From the NCBI GenBank assembly GCA_963696535.1, contig CAVOKP010000017.1:20440-84439 (forward strand): a stretch of DNA of 64,000 bases, given 5' to 3'. Positions 49,115-58,576 of the stretch are shown here, in pieces. The position numbers were made by a program, and so were the translations under genes. Source of the stretch: an uncultured Bacteroidales bacterium. GTDB taxonomy: Bacteria > Bacteroidota > Bacteroidia > Bacteroidales > VadinHA17. The notes beneath the pieces are model-generated. The model saw only the letters and a list, made by a program, of their open reading frames with translations. It was not told the DNA's origin and did no database searches. The stretch's first letter is position 1, and each line of letters begins with the position of its first letter.

Positions 49115-49207
49115 AAAAAGTCTAATTTGAACAGGAAACAGCAAAAATACCTAAATTGTTCAGAGTATTTCGAACAAAACAGTGAATAGTTCTAATTTAT
49201 GAGACAG

Positions 49208-49990
49208 TTATTTCTTCGGGAACCAGGGGAAGAATGCGCTTGTGGTTTCGATATATTTCCGGTATCCGGGCTTTTTGTCAGCAAGGGTTTTTTCGAGAAG
49301 TGTAATCCCCGAAACTTTGATTATCAGGGCTGTCATAAGTATGGACCCAAGAGCGGGAAAAAGACTTCCGGCTGAAATACTGATAAGGCCATAACCCCAC
49401 CAGACTGCAGAATCGCCGAAGTAGTTCGGATGTCGTGTATACCGCCATAAACCTGTAGAAAGCACTTTCCCATTATTTGAAGGAACAGTTTTGAAACGGG
49501 CCAGCTGGCAATCCCCGAAGGTTTCAAAGATAAAACCCGTGATCCAGAGGAAAATTCCGGCAAAATCAAGAATACCAAGACTTTTTCCGGTTCCGGAAAA
49601 GTTAGCACCGAGAAGGGGAGCTGAAATGAGCCACATAAGAAGACCCTGTAAAAGAAAGGTTTGAAAGAAGCTTACCCACCAGTACCTGTCCTCTCCATAT
49701 CTGCTCCTGAAATGCCTGTAACGGAAATCTTCCCCTTTCCCGATGTTGCGCCATGTAAGATATCCCGAAAGGCGAAGACCCCAGACGGTGACAAGGATCA
49801 GGACCATTAATTTCCTGGGTCCGGTACCTTCCGTGCTGATGAAAAAGAAAATGTTTGCAAGTACAAACCCAAAACCCCAGAAGAGGTCAACAATGCTGAC
49901 ATTTTTTATAATAATGCTTATTATCCACAGAAAAAACATCATTCCGAGGATCACAAGCAATGACTGGAAATAAACCTGAAAGAATGTCAT
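49208..49990 (-). CDS. DUF1295 / steroid 5-alpha-reductase-like membrane protein
   Basis: Polytopic, with RHPNYFGD near the C-terminus. Confidence 0.7.
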   Translation of the reverse strand: MTFFQVYFQSLLVILGMMFFLWIISIIIKNVSIVDLFWGFGFVLANIFFFISTEGTGPRKLMVLILVTVWGLRLSGYLTWRNIGKGEDFRYRHFRSRYGEDRYWWVSFFQTFLLQGLLMWLISAPLLGANFSGTGKSLGILDFAGIFLWITGFIFETFGDCQLARFKTVPSNNGKVLSTGLWRYTRHPNYFGDSAVWWGYGLISISAGSLFPALGSILMTALIIKVSGITLLEKTLADKKPGYRKYIETTSAFFPWFPKK

Positions 49991-50001
49991 CCGGAGTAGT
50001 A

Positions 50002-51807
50002 TTAATCATAAAGCAAGGCAACTGATGCGGCTCCTGCGCCTGCGTTTGCTCCGATAACAGGCGAAATATTGACAACTGAAACAGGTTTCATTCCTGTAAG
50101 CCTTTCCATTTTTTCAGAGAACCAGCCTGCCGACCTGTTATTGTTCGCATGCAGCACGATATAATTCCAGATCCTGTTATTTTTATTTATCTCTCTGATA
50201 TGTTTCATCACCCTGTCCATATTTGCCTTCTGGCTGAAAGATTTGTCGAAGAGGATTGCTTTGCCCGTGCCGTCGAGAGAAACGATCGGATTTATATTGA
50301 GGATCCTGGCAATAAAACCTTTTGCAGCGGATACCCTTCCTCCTCGTACCATGTATTTAAGGTTTTTGACGCTTACGAATATTCGGGTGTTCTGAATCCA
50401 TTTCTCAGCCATTGAAACGACATCATTGTGCGAAAAACCGTTTTCAATAGCCTGGGCGGTCCGCAGGATAATCAATCCGAGAGCTCCCGACAGATTTCTT
50501 GAGTTCAGGACCGTAACCGGTTTTCCGAATTCACCGGAGATTTTCCGGGCAGCTTTCTGACTGCTGAAAAATGTTCCGCTTAATTTATCGCTAAGATGAA
50601 TTGCAATCACTGAATCATAATGCGATACAAGATGCGAGTAGAGATTGATAAAGGTATTCTCATTAATCTGGGAGGTTTTCGGATGCTCGCCCGATTCTCC
50701 AAGAAGTTTGTAGAACTGCTCCGGCTGAAGTGTTACCTTATCGAGATAATGGTTTTCACCAAAATTGATGTTTATCGGAAGGACGTTAACCTGGTATTTG
50801 TCAATAAGCTCCTGCGACAGGTCACAGGTGGAATCGGTTACAAGAGCAATTTTCCATTTTCTTTCATTGGCTGTCTGGTAATGGCGGAACATGTCGTCAG
50901 CCTTCTGGAATGTTATGGTTCCTGACTTCCTGAGGTTGTCAAACAATTCTGCCGGGACATTTGTATGAAGATGTATCCTCCTTAGCTTGTCAGAGCCTGC
51001 AACAACAACAGAATCACCGTATTCATCGAGCATTTTGATCAGAATATCCCTTTCGACCGGGCAATCCCTGATAAGAGCTTCGGTACAGTATCTGAAATTC
51101 ATCTTTTCAGTAACCTTCTCTACATTTTTCTGAAAAGCAGTGGTTACCCGCCTGTCAGAGATAAGTTCCCTGATGTTCCTTGAATTTATGAACTCGGTAA
51201 TTCCTTCAAAAAATAGTACAAATCCCTTGGCGCCTGCGTCGACAACATTGTTCTTTCCAAGGATGGCAAGCTTTGATTTGGTTTCGAGCAGGGACTTTTT
51301 TAGGATCTCATATGCACTTGTAAGCATATTGTTGAAATCTGAAAACTTGTTCCGGCTTGCATAGATGTAATCCGCGAAGTCCCTAATAACTGTAAGCATG
51401 GTCCCCTCAACAGGTTTTGCGACCGCAGAATAGACGTAACTAACTGTTTTATTGAGTGATTCCGCAAATTGCCTGAACGTAACGGATCGGAAATCACCGG
51501 TTTCAATGCTGAGGCCATAAAAAAACTGGGCAAAAATAATTCCCGAATTTCCTCTTGCATTTGTCAGGGTAGCTTCAGCGATTCTGTCAGCCGTAATTTT
51601 GAATGATCTGTGCGGGTGAATTGATTCAATGACTGATCTGATTGTTGCAGCAAGATTGGTGCCGGTATCGCCATCATTAACAGGGAAGACATTTATCCTG
51701 TTTAGTTCAACCTGATTTTCAATAACCTTCTTAGCCCCTGCAATAAAAGCATAGTACAAATTCCTTCCGTCAAGTTCTAAAAGAGGACCTGGTATTGCAA
51801 GAGTCAT
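50002..51807 (-). CDS. DAK2-domain / DegV-family fusion protein
   Basis: The N-terminal Dak2-like part has FPVNDGDTGTN and ARGNSG. The C-terminal part is DegV-like and fatty-acid-binding (ALVTDSTCDL, NSRNLSGALG). Confidence 0.8.
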   Translation of the reverse strand: MTLAIPGPLLELDGRNLYYAFIAGAKKVIENQVELNRINVFPVNDGDTGTNLAATIRSVIESIHPHRSFKITADRIAEATLTNARGNSGIIFAQFFYGLSIETGDFRSVTFRQFAESLNKTVSYVYSAVAKPVEGTMLTVIRDFADYIYASRNKFSDFNNMLTSAYEILKKSLLETKSKLAILGKNNVVDAGAKGFVLFFEGITEFINSRNIRELISDRRVTTAFQKNVEKVTEKMNFRYCTEALIRDCPVERDILIKMLDEYGDSVVVAGSDKLRRIHLHTNVPAELFDNLRKSGTITFQKADDMFRHYQTANERKWKIALVTDSTCDLSQELIDKYQVNVLPININFGENHYLDKVTLQPEQFYKLLGESGEHPKTSQINENTFINLYSHLVSHYDSVIAIHLSDKLSGTFFSSQKAARKISGEFGKPVTVLNSRNLSGALGLIILRTAQAIENGFSHNDVVSMAEKWIQNTRIFVSVKNLKYMVRGGRVSAAKGFIARILNINPIVSLDGTGKAILFDKSFSQKANMDRVMKHIREINKNNRIWNYIVLHANNNRSAGWFSEKMERLTGMKPVSVVNISPVIGANAGAGAASVALLYD

Positions 51808-51880
51808 ATCAAAGGTTTTTTATTACAAACGTAATCTTTTTAACAACCTGTCAACCCTTTTGTTCAGTAAAAGGGAATGT

Positions 51881-52792
51881 TTATCTTTTTGTAAACAGGT
51901 CCTTCAAGGCATTTTCAAGATAAGGAAACTCAAATTTATAACCGGCTGAAAGTATTTTATCCGCTGAAACCCTGCTGCCCTTCAGAATGATATCGGCCAT
52001 TCTTCCAAAGAGCAGTTTTAATAATAAAGATGGCACGGCAGGGAAAAAGAAGGGCTTTTGAAGCGCCTTTGCCAGACTCCTAATGAATTCCCTGTTGGTG
52101 ATGTGTTCAGGCGCCACCGCATTCCAGGCTCCTGTCATTGTCTTATCCCCAATGGCCTTTATGTAAATATTGCAAAGATCATCAATATGGATCCATGGGA
52201 TATATTGCCGGCCGCTGCCAAGGGCTGATCCAATGCCCAGCCTGACAGCCGGTAACATTCTGCCCAGTACACCACCATTTCGTGTCAGGACTATTCCCGT
52301 CCTGATCTTTACTGTCCTGATACCGGATTGCTGAAACCTGTCGGCCGATTGTTCCCATCTTCTGCAGACCTCTCCGGTAAAGTCGGTGGATGGCGGGTCT
52401 GTTTCACTGAATATTTTTTCGGATGTTACTGTTCCATAATAACCGGTTCCTGAAGCTGAAATGAATGCCTTGAGCTTAATTCCCGATTCCTGCACTTTAT
52501 CAAAAAGAAGCCCGCATGTTTTGATCCGGCTGTCGAAAATCAGCTGCCTTCTCATTTTTGTCCATCTCCTGTCACCCATACCTGCTCCGGCAAGGTGAAT
52601 TATATAATCAGCCCTTTGTATTGCTTCATTTTCAATCTCGTTTTTCTCAGGATTCCAGCTGTAGACGGAATGGCTGTTGCCACGACTGCTGCTCCTGCTG
52701 AGGAGCAACACATTATATCCCTTTTCCTTAAGCTTCCTGCTCAGGTGCTTCCCGATAAGTCCTGTTCCGCCGGTCATGAGAACGGTTTCCAT
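51881..52792 (-). CDS. TIGR01777/YfcH-type epimerase-family protein (Rossmann fold plus DUF1731)
   Basis: VLMTGGTGLIG at the N-terminus. The start is set at ATG 52792. Confidence 0.75.
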   Translation of the reverse strand: METVLMTGGTGLIGKHLSRKLKEKGYNVLLLSRSSSRGNSHSVYSWNPEKNEIENEAIQRADYIIHLAGAGMGDRRWTKMRRQLIFDSRIKTCGLLFDKVQESGIKLKAFISASGTGYYGTVTSEKIFSETDPPSTDFTGEVCRRWEQSADRFQQSGIRTVKIRTGIVLTRNGGVLGRMLPAVRLGIGSALGSGRQYIPWIHIDDLCNIYIKAIGDKTMTGAWNAVAPEHITNREFIRSLAKALQKPFFFPAVPSLLLKLLFGRMADIILKGSRVSADKILSAGYKFEFPYLENALKDLFTKR

Positions 52793-52988
52793 GATGATGA
52801 AGATTTGCGGGTGCAAGTTTAATCATTTCCCGGAGACCGGCGCCAGAAAAAAAATAACTTCATTCAGAGCGGAACAAAGTGCAGCGAAGAATCTCTTGCC
52901 CAATGCAAGAATTATTCTATAAGAATATATAATACAATAAATATATATTATCTTTGTTATATATAAGATACAATTATATACTATTTAT

Positions 52989-53335
52989 ATGATATCAAAT
53001 CAACTTTACAGCGGGTCGCTCAAGACAATAGTTCTTAAACTGTTAAAAGAAGAGGGTCCTATGCATGGATATGCAATAACAAATAAGGTGGAAGAACTGA
53101 CAAAGGGTAAGATCACTCTTACTTACGGTGCTCTTTATCCGATACTTCACAAGCTTGAAAGCGAGAAAGTTCTTGTCACGACAAGTGAAGTATTACAATA
53201 ACAGGGTAAGGATCTACTATGCGCTTACTCCTTCGGGACAAGCAGTTGTTGCTGAAAAGAATAAATGAGCTTAAAGAATTTATTGAATCGCTTCAGCTTA
53301 TAATTGAACCCAAAGCCGGACTAAATTATGCCTGA
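52989..53335 (+). pseudogene. PadR-family transcriptional regulator interrupted by two frameshifts
   Basis: The winged helix is LKLLKEEGPMHGYAITNKVEELTKGKITLTYGALYPILHKLESEKVL. The continuation YYNNRVRIYYALTPSGQAVVAEKNK and then INELKEFIESLQLIIEPKAGLNYA* lie in two other frames. The stop overlaps the next gene by 8 nt. Confidence 0.7.
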
Positions 53336-54764
53336 ACTTTCGATCCAGAATATTGAAAGGATTTCCCGCGATGTAAGAAAACAGGAGATAGTATTCTCTC
53401 ATCTTCTGGATGAGCTGATCGACCATATCTGCTGCGATGTCGAAAATGAAATGCAGGACGGGCTTACCTTCCTTGAAGCCTACAGTAAAGTAAGGCATAA
53501 AATAGGTTCGCGGCGAATTAAAGAGATACAGGAAGAGACACTTTATGCAGTCGACACTAAATACAGACATATGAAAAACACGATGAAAATTTCAGGCATT
53601 GCCGGTACAGTTTTGCTTGGCTTTGGAGCCTTATTCAAGATCCAGCACTGGCCTCTTGCCGGTGTTATGACGACCCTCGGGGCTGTAACCCTGGCATTGG
53701 TATTCATGCCCTCGGCACTCGGAGTACTCTGGAAAGAGACTCACAGCAGGAAGAAACTCTTCCTTTTCGTCTCGGCATTTCTGGCAGGGATGTGTTTTAT
53801 ACTTGGTACATTGTTCAAGATACAGCACTGGAATGGTGCAGGATTGATTCTCCTTCTTGCAGGATTCTTTGGATTGTTTTTCTTTGTGCCTGCATTACTT
53901 GTACAGAAACTTCAGGATCAGGATAATAAAGCCAAAAAGCCGGTTTATATACTGGCTGCTGCTGGAGCGATCTGTTATGGTGCAGGGATGTTATTTAAAA
54001 TCCAGCACTGGCCGGGCGCAGCGGTCCTAATGGTCTTTGGACTTGTAATTCTCTGCCTGATAGCTTTACCTTGGTACACACGGATCAGCTGGAAGGAGGA
54101 GGGTCATATAACTTCAAAATTCCTTTATATAATTATAGGCCTGCTTCTGATCCTTCTGCCCGGATCACTGATCAACATGAACCTTTCGCAATCTTTTGAA
54201 GAGGGTTTTTATTCACATCAGGATCAGCAAAAGGCTCTGTACAGCTATTTACACCGAAATACCAGTTCCATGATGATCCGTTACCACGATTCACTTAACT
54301 ACCCTGTAATGGAACTGATTCACGAAAGAACCAAAGAGCTGGTTAATTATATCGGGGGTATTGAATCTGAAATGATTAGTGTGGCAGAAGGGGAGCCGGG
54401 AGCACCTGTTATTCTCAGCAATGAGATCATTCAGTCTGAAACAGGACCAGCTATAAATTTTCATGAAATTTCAAGACCGTTTCATACCCAGCCTGTAAAA
54501 GACTTTCTTCTGCCTGGCGCCAGGGCAAGGGAGGAGCTTAATGCACTTCTGACTGATTATAAAGCATTTATTTTAGGATTGATGTCCGGTGAAGAGCTGA
54601 GAAGTATTTCAGGACTTCTTGATCTATCACTTTATTTACCGGATGAGCTGCCTGAGACCAGTAATATTTCAATGATGTCGGGGCTCCATTCGCTTGTGCT
54701 GCTGAAAAACGGGCTTCTGACCGTTGAGTCCGACGCATTGAAAGCTATTGCAAGCCACAACTAA
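53328..54764 (+). CDS. PadR-associated membrane protein: cytoplasmic prefix, three 60-aa GldL/PorL-like two-helix modules, a GldM/PorM-like anchor helix, and a ~190-aa extracytoplasmic domain
   Basis: LFKIQHW(P/N)GA occurs at residues 102, 162 and 222, an exact 60-aa period. The last helix is followed by LINMNLSQSF (compare GldM ALNVSKEV). Confidence 0.75.
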   Translation: MPELSIQNIERISRDVRKQEIVFSHLLDELIDHICCDVENEMQDGLTFLEAYSKVRHKIGSRRIKEIQEETLYAVDTKYRHMKNTMKISGIAGTVLLGFGALFKIQHWPLAGVMTTLGAVTLALVFMPSALGVLWKETHSRKKLFLFVSAFLAGMCFILGTLFKIQHWNGAGLILLLAGFFGLFFFVPALLVQKLQDQDNKAKKPVYILAAAGAICYGAGMLFKIQHWPGAAVLMVFGLVILCLIALPWYTRISWKEEGHITSKFLYIIIGLLLILLPGSLINMNLSQSFEEGFYSHQDQQKALYSYLHRNTSSMMIRYHDSLNYPVMELIHERTKELVNYIGGIESEMISVAEGEPGAPVILSNEIIQSETGPAINFHEISRPFHTQPVKDFLLPGARAREELNALLTDYKAFILGLMSGEELRSISGLLDLSLYLPDELPETSNISMMSGLHSLVLLKNGLLTVESDALKAIASHN

Positions 54765-54783
54765 TCAATTAATACACAAAGTC

Positions 54784-55749
54784 ATGAAGCAAAAGATTTA
54801 TATATTCGGTGTGGTTACTGCCATAATAATTTTTACAGGCACTCTGTTTAAATTAAACCACTGGCCTGGCGCAGGTTATCTGTTGATAATAGGTATTGCA
54901 ACGCTTGTTCTGGGCTTTCTGCCCCTGGCACTTAGAGACCATTACAAGGCAAGCGGAACCAGGCAAAACTTACTGCTGCATATTGTTACCTGGCTCACAT
55001 GCTTTGTAGTATTCACATCGATGCTGTTCAAGATTCAGCATTGGCCTTATGCTGGCATCCTGTTGACAATAGCAATTCCTTTCCCGTATGTTGTTTTTCT
55101 TCCTGTTTTTATTTCAACGATGTCAAAGAACAAGAATTTCAATATTTACAATACAGTATTTGTTCTTATGTTGCTTGCTGCCAGTTCAGTTCTGTCGGCC
55201 TTGCTTGCTTTAAATGTATCAGCGGAAAGGATCAGGGACAGCTATAACCTTTCAAGGCAGTACAATCAGGTTGGAAAGGTCCTCAACCAGCTCCCTGCAT
55301 ATGACTCAGAATCCGGGATTGCCCTGAAGATTGATGAAGTCCTAAAGGTTGCGGAGGATTATAAGAACCTGATACTTAAGTTTGAAGGTATCTCTCCCGG
55401 ACAATATACTTACGCGGGAGATTTACTGAGACCCGATTTACGGGGTGCAGCGCTGCAGGGATTATCTTCTACCGGTAATGCAAAACTTGCGGAAAAACTA
55501 GACAACAGCCTGAAGGATCTCATTAAGGAAATTGAAAATACTCCGGGATGTGATGACCTGACAAAAGCAATCCCGGTAATTCTTGATCTTAACCCGCAGG
55601 ATGGAGATGAGCCTTTATTGATTTGGTCTAATATTACTAATACCCTTTCGTGGACCCTTATTTATCTCGACGGTCTTGAGACCAACCTGAAAATGATAAA
55701 GGCAACGGCTGTGGGACCCAGAGATGCCGCCCCTCACGGGGCTTTCTAG
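54784..55749 (+). CDS. paralogous membrane protein: two GldL/PorL-like modules, a GldM/PorM-like anchor, and an extracytoplasmic domain
   Basis: LFKLNHWPGA at residue 21 and LFKIQHWPYA at residue 81 (60-aa period), then LLALNVSAERI. The start is set at ATG 54784. The last ~8 codons are read from a hairpin repeat. Confidence 0.75.
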   Translation: MKQKIYIFGVVTAIIIFTGTLFKLNHWPGAGYLLIIGIATLVLGFLPLALRDHYKASGTRQNLLLHIVTWLTCFVVFTSMLFKIQHWPYAGILLTIAIPFPYVVFLPVFISTMSKNKNFNIYNTVFVLMLLAASSVLSALLALNVSAERIRDSYNLSRQYNQVGKVLNQLPAYDSESGIALKIDEVLKVAEDYKNLILKFEGISPGQYTYAGDLLRPDLRGAALQGLSSTGNAKLAEKLDNSLKDLIKEIENTPGCDDLTKAIPVILDLNPQDGDEPLLIWSNITNTLSWTLIYLDGLETNLKMIKATAVGPRDAAPHGAF

Positions 55750-55919
55750 TGGTTAGTGAACAGTCAGGGACGGGCTTCGCCCATCCCTAAAATCTTAATA
55801 GCCTACGGCCTATAAAACAGCTTTATGATTCCTCAAGGCCCTTAGGGTCTTGATACTATTGGGCGGAGCATCGCCCCCACGAGAATCAACCATACAATAC
55901 CATAAGCCCCGGTAGGGGC
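55729..55919. repeat. array of six short GC-stem hairpins spaced about 27-45 nt apart
   Basis: gcccc-tcac-ggggc (55729), agggacgggc-ttc-gcccatccct (55766), atagcc-tac-ggcctat (55798), caaggccc-tta-gggtcttg (55834), gggcg-gagcat-cgccc (55861), gcccc-ggta-ggggc (55906). Confidence 0.7.
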
Positions 55920-56206
55920 GCAATAAGCAAATTGCACTACACAGGAATTATTTTCATCATAAAGAATCTCCTTTCTGTCGGTAAAACCTCCCGGTACTTC
56001 TATTAGATTTTTTATCCTCTTCATGGGTACCCTACTTTTATGCCAAAATCCGGTTGTTCATTGTGAACCTTGAGAAAATTGATACTATCGAAAGAATCAG
56101 GATAGTTTTCGGGAAAACCTATATACCGGTGAGCGAGCAGTTCAAAGAGAAGTTTCAGGAATTTCTCGATAAGAATTTCTTATGATACACCAAGAAATTC
56201 AGTTAA

Positions 56207-56289
56207 CCACGGAGTCGCACGGAGTAAAGACGGAGTTTCACTGTTTTAACACCGTGTTTTACTCAGTGCAACTCTGTGTGACTCCGTGG
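56207..56289. repeat. word-palindrome hairpin (CACGGAG words) downstream of the GH97 gene
   Basis: ccacggagtcgcacggagtaaagacggagtttcac ... gtgcaactctgtgtgactccgtgg. The terminal 10 bp pair perfectly. Confidence 0.75.
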
Positions 56290-56298
56290 TAAATTGAT

Positions 56299-58209
56299 TT
56301 AGTCCACCGGTTTTAAGTGCATTGCAATCCCGTTATTCGGCGCAAGATTTAGCGAATGAAGTGTCTTACTGTTTATTATTGTACTGTCAATTCTGACATG
56401 TGTCCGGGTGTTGACCGACGGATCATCTGAATAGATTTTTGCAGAATATTCCTTATCCGGATCCAAAAAAGCGAAGTTAAGATCAAGCATTATGGAATTG
56501 GCTCCGTTAATACCGCCGATAAACCATTCATCACCCTTTTTCCTTGCTATTACCCCATATTCCCCGATTTTTGCATGCAATACCTTTGTTTCATCCCATA
56601 CAGTAGGAACATTGTCGAAGAATTCAAGTTCCGGTTCATCACCAATATAGTTTGTTGCGCCCCACAAGCCGTCATTTTTTTCAAGCGCAGGAGCTGCCTT
56701 ATCGTACCAGTAAAGAAACTGAAGGGGACTGAAAATGCATACAGCTTTTGCCAGCTGGGAGGCATGTGATCCCATTTTTTTATCGACCCTTTCATTATAA
56801 TAACAGATTGTATTGTCTCCCTGTCCGGCAATCATCCGCGTGAACATCGTTATCAGGGTGTGACTGTTTGAAGGGCTCTCTTCATCGCCGCGAATGCCTT
56901 CCATTGTGAGTAAATTCGGATACGTTCTCGAGAATCCGGTTGGTCGGTATTCGTCATGCACGTCAACAACCAATTGATATGCAGCAGCTTTCTTTATCGA
57001 TTCATGAAGCCACCTGGTCACATCCTGGTTTCCGACCATTACAAATCCGAATTTTATCCCGGCAATTCCCCATTTGCTGTAGATCGGAAGCAGTTCGTCG
57101 ATCTGTTTCTCAAGGGCTCTCCTGTTGACATAAAGAATAATGTCAATATTCTTTGACTTTGCATATCGTGTGACCTCCTCCATGTCAAGAGGCCCTTTGG
57201 ACCGGGCAGGATCGAGGTTCACCGCCCTGGCATCGGAAAGATCATTGTTCTCAGGTCCGTACCATCCGGCATCAAACTCGACATACTGCATATTATGAGA
57301 TGATGTAAAATCGATTGCTGCCTTTGCTCCTGTTGTTGTAAGAGTCACTTCACGAAGTACCTTTCCGGGTTTTATCCAGGACACGTCATCAATTTTGCAT
57401 GGATCATTGAGGTTAAGAATTAAATAATTCTTTTCGAGAAGATCCCCCGGATCTTTTCCGGTCATTACCACTCTCCAGGGTGATTGGAATGGAAGTGACT
57501 TATGTACAGGACCTTCCAGGTATGTAATTACATTGTAATTACGTAGTGAATCAGGGTTAAATTTCATCCTGGCATAATCGACAAGCTTTGCTTCGGTAAG
57601 AGCAATGATAAGATTTGTATCAATCTCAATAACGAGAGGTCTTTCACAACCTTTTTCAATCTGGCTGAGAGGGACTCTTGAGTATTGTGCCTGGGCTCTT
57701 GCGGCAGACCAGGCATAATGATCAGAAGGGAAATTGAAGGTAATTTTTTCTCCGGTTATTATTACAGAATCCATACCATCCTGTTCGGGAATTTCATATG
57801 CAAATGCAATTCCTTCATTATATGCGCGGCAGATAACGTTTATCTTTATTTCCTCATTTTCAAGAAGGATCTTTATCTCGTTGTATTTGTCAGGAATTTC
57901 CCTCCTTTCTCCAAAGGAATTGATCCAGGTTTTATCATAAGATATTGATTCAGTTCCGATAATTTTAAGACTCTTCTTCAGGGGATTCTCTTTCAAATCT
58001 ATTTCGAGAGATGACGGAAGGAGTACCTTTTTCTCTCCAACCTCCAGGTAAAAGCTGGCAATATGCTGAGACATGTCGCCTGGTTCAATTGAAAAAACGA
58101 GTTTATTACTGCCATCCGGAGAAATAACATCAACAATTTTATTCGATGAACAACTCATATTTAATAATATGCCTGATATCAGTAATAAAACTGCTGTTTT
58201 CCTTTTCAT
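56299..58209 (-). CDS. glycoside hydrolase family 97 (SusB-like alpha-glucosidase/galactosidase)
   Basis: 636 aa with a lipoprotein-like start, then the GH97 N-terminal, catalytic and C-terminal layout (GIAGIKFGFV, NLLTMEGIRGDE). Confidence 0.85.
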   Translation of the reverse strand: MKRKTAVLLLISGILLNMSCSSNKIVDVISPDGSNKLVFSIEPGDMSQHIASFYLEVGEKKVLLPSSLEIDLKENPLKKSLKIIGTESISYDKTWINSFGERREIPDKYNEIKILLENEEIKINVICRAYNEGIAFAYEIPEQDGMDSVIITGEKITFNFPSDHYAWSAARAQAQYSRVPLSQIEKGCERPLVIEIDTNLIIALTEAKLVDYARMKFNPDSLRNYNVITYLEGPVHKSLPFQSPWRVVMTGKDPGDLLEKNYLILNLNDPCKIDDVSWIKPGKVLREVTLTTTGAKAAIDFTSSHNMQYVEFDAGWYGPENNDLSDARAVNLDPARSKGPLDMEEVTRYAKSKNIDIILYVNRRALEKQIDELLPIYSKWGIAGIKFGFVMVGNQDVTRWLHESIKKAAAYQLVVDVHDEYRPTGFSRTYPNLLTMEGIRGDEESPSNSHTLITMFTRMIAGQGDNTICYYNERVDKKMGSHASQLAKAVCIFSPLQFLYWYDKAAPALEKNDGLWGATNYIGDEPELEFFDNVPTVWDETKVLHAKIGEYGVIARKKGDEWFIGGINGANSIMLDLNFAFLDPDKEYSAKIYSDDPSVNTRTHVRIDSTIINSKTLHSLNLAPNNGIAMHLKPVD

Positions 58210-58531
58210 AATTGTCTGGATCGGTTAATCGAAGATAAGTAAAGCAACAGTTCAAAGTTAAATTTTTGCTTATTAAAAGTCAGTTCAACTAACATATTTA
58301 AAAAGACATAAATAAAAATAGGTTGAAACAAATAGAAACAAGGAGATATTAGAAACAAAATAGATAAAAATCGAGATATTAACTAATATACCCCATTTCA
58401 AACAGGGTAAGAAGTAAATAAAATGACAAAAAATACGAGTTACCCCCTATAATAATAGGGTATGTAATGTAAAAAGAGTATAAATAACAGAAAATACCCT
58501 AAAAATATTATGGTAAAGTGAAAATGATATT

Positions 58532-58539
58532 TATATTTG
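58532..58539 (+). promoter_or_regulatory. Bacteroidota -7 box (TATATTTG) upstream of the porin-amt-glnK genes
   Basis: Matches TAnnTTTG 38 nt upstream of the ATG at 58577, at the end of a ~360-nt AT-rich spacer. Confidence 0.45.
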
Positions 58540-58576
58540 GCACAAATTATTGGGAAATACTTAAAAATTTCAATTC

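Noticed and set aside
50002-51807. DAK2-DegV fusion as a possible novelty
   Set aside because: From memory, this domain fusion is widespread in Bacteroidota and Firmicutes annotations, and nothing unusual is seen in its sequence or context.
55842-56024. 60-aa ORF containing YCAPTGAYGIV...LVGAMLRPI
   Set aside because: Most of it is a read-through of the GC-stem hairpin array. Only the first ~30 codons are unique, and they have no supporting signals.
56063-56185. 40-codon GTG ORF (VNLEKIDTIERIRIVFGKTYIPVSEQFKEKFQEFLDKNFL) in the gap before the GH97 gene
   Set aside because: It is short, starts with GTG, and has no promoter or conservation evidence available. It is possibly a gene remnant, but too weak to call.
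58539-58554. sigma-54-like TGGCAC element upstream of the porin-amt-glnK genes
   Set aside because: tggcacaaattattgg has the -24 TGGCAC, but the -12 element is ATTGG with spacing off by one and no GC. The TGG also overlaps a perfect TAnnTTTG sigma-A -7 box, which explains it better.
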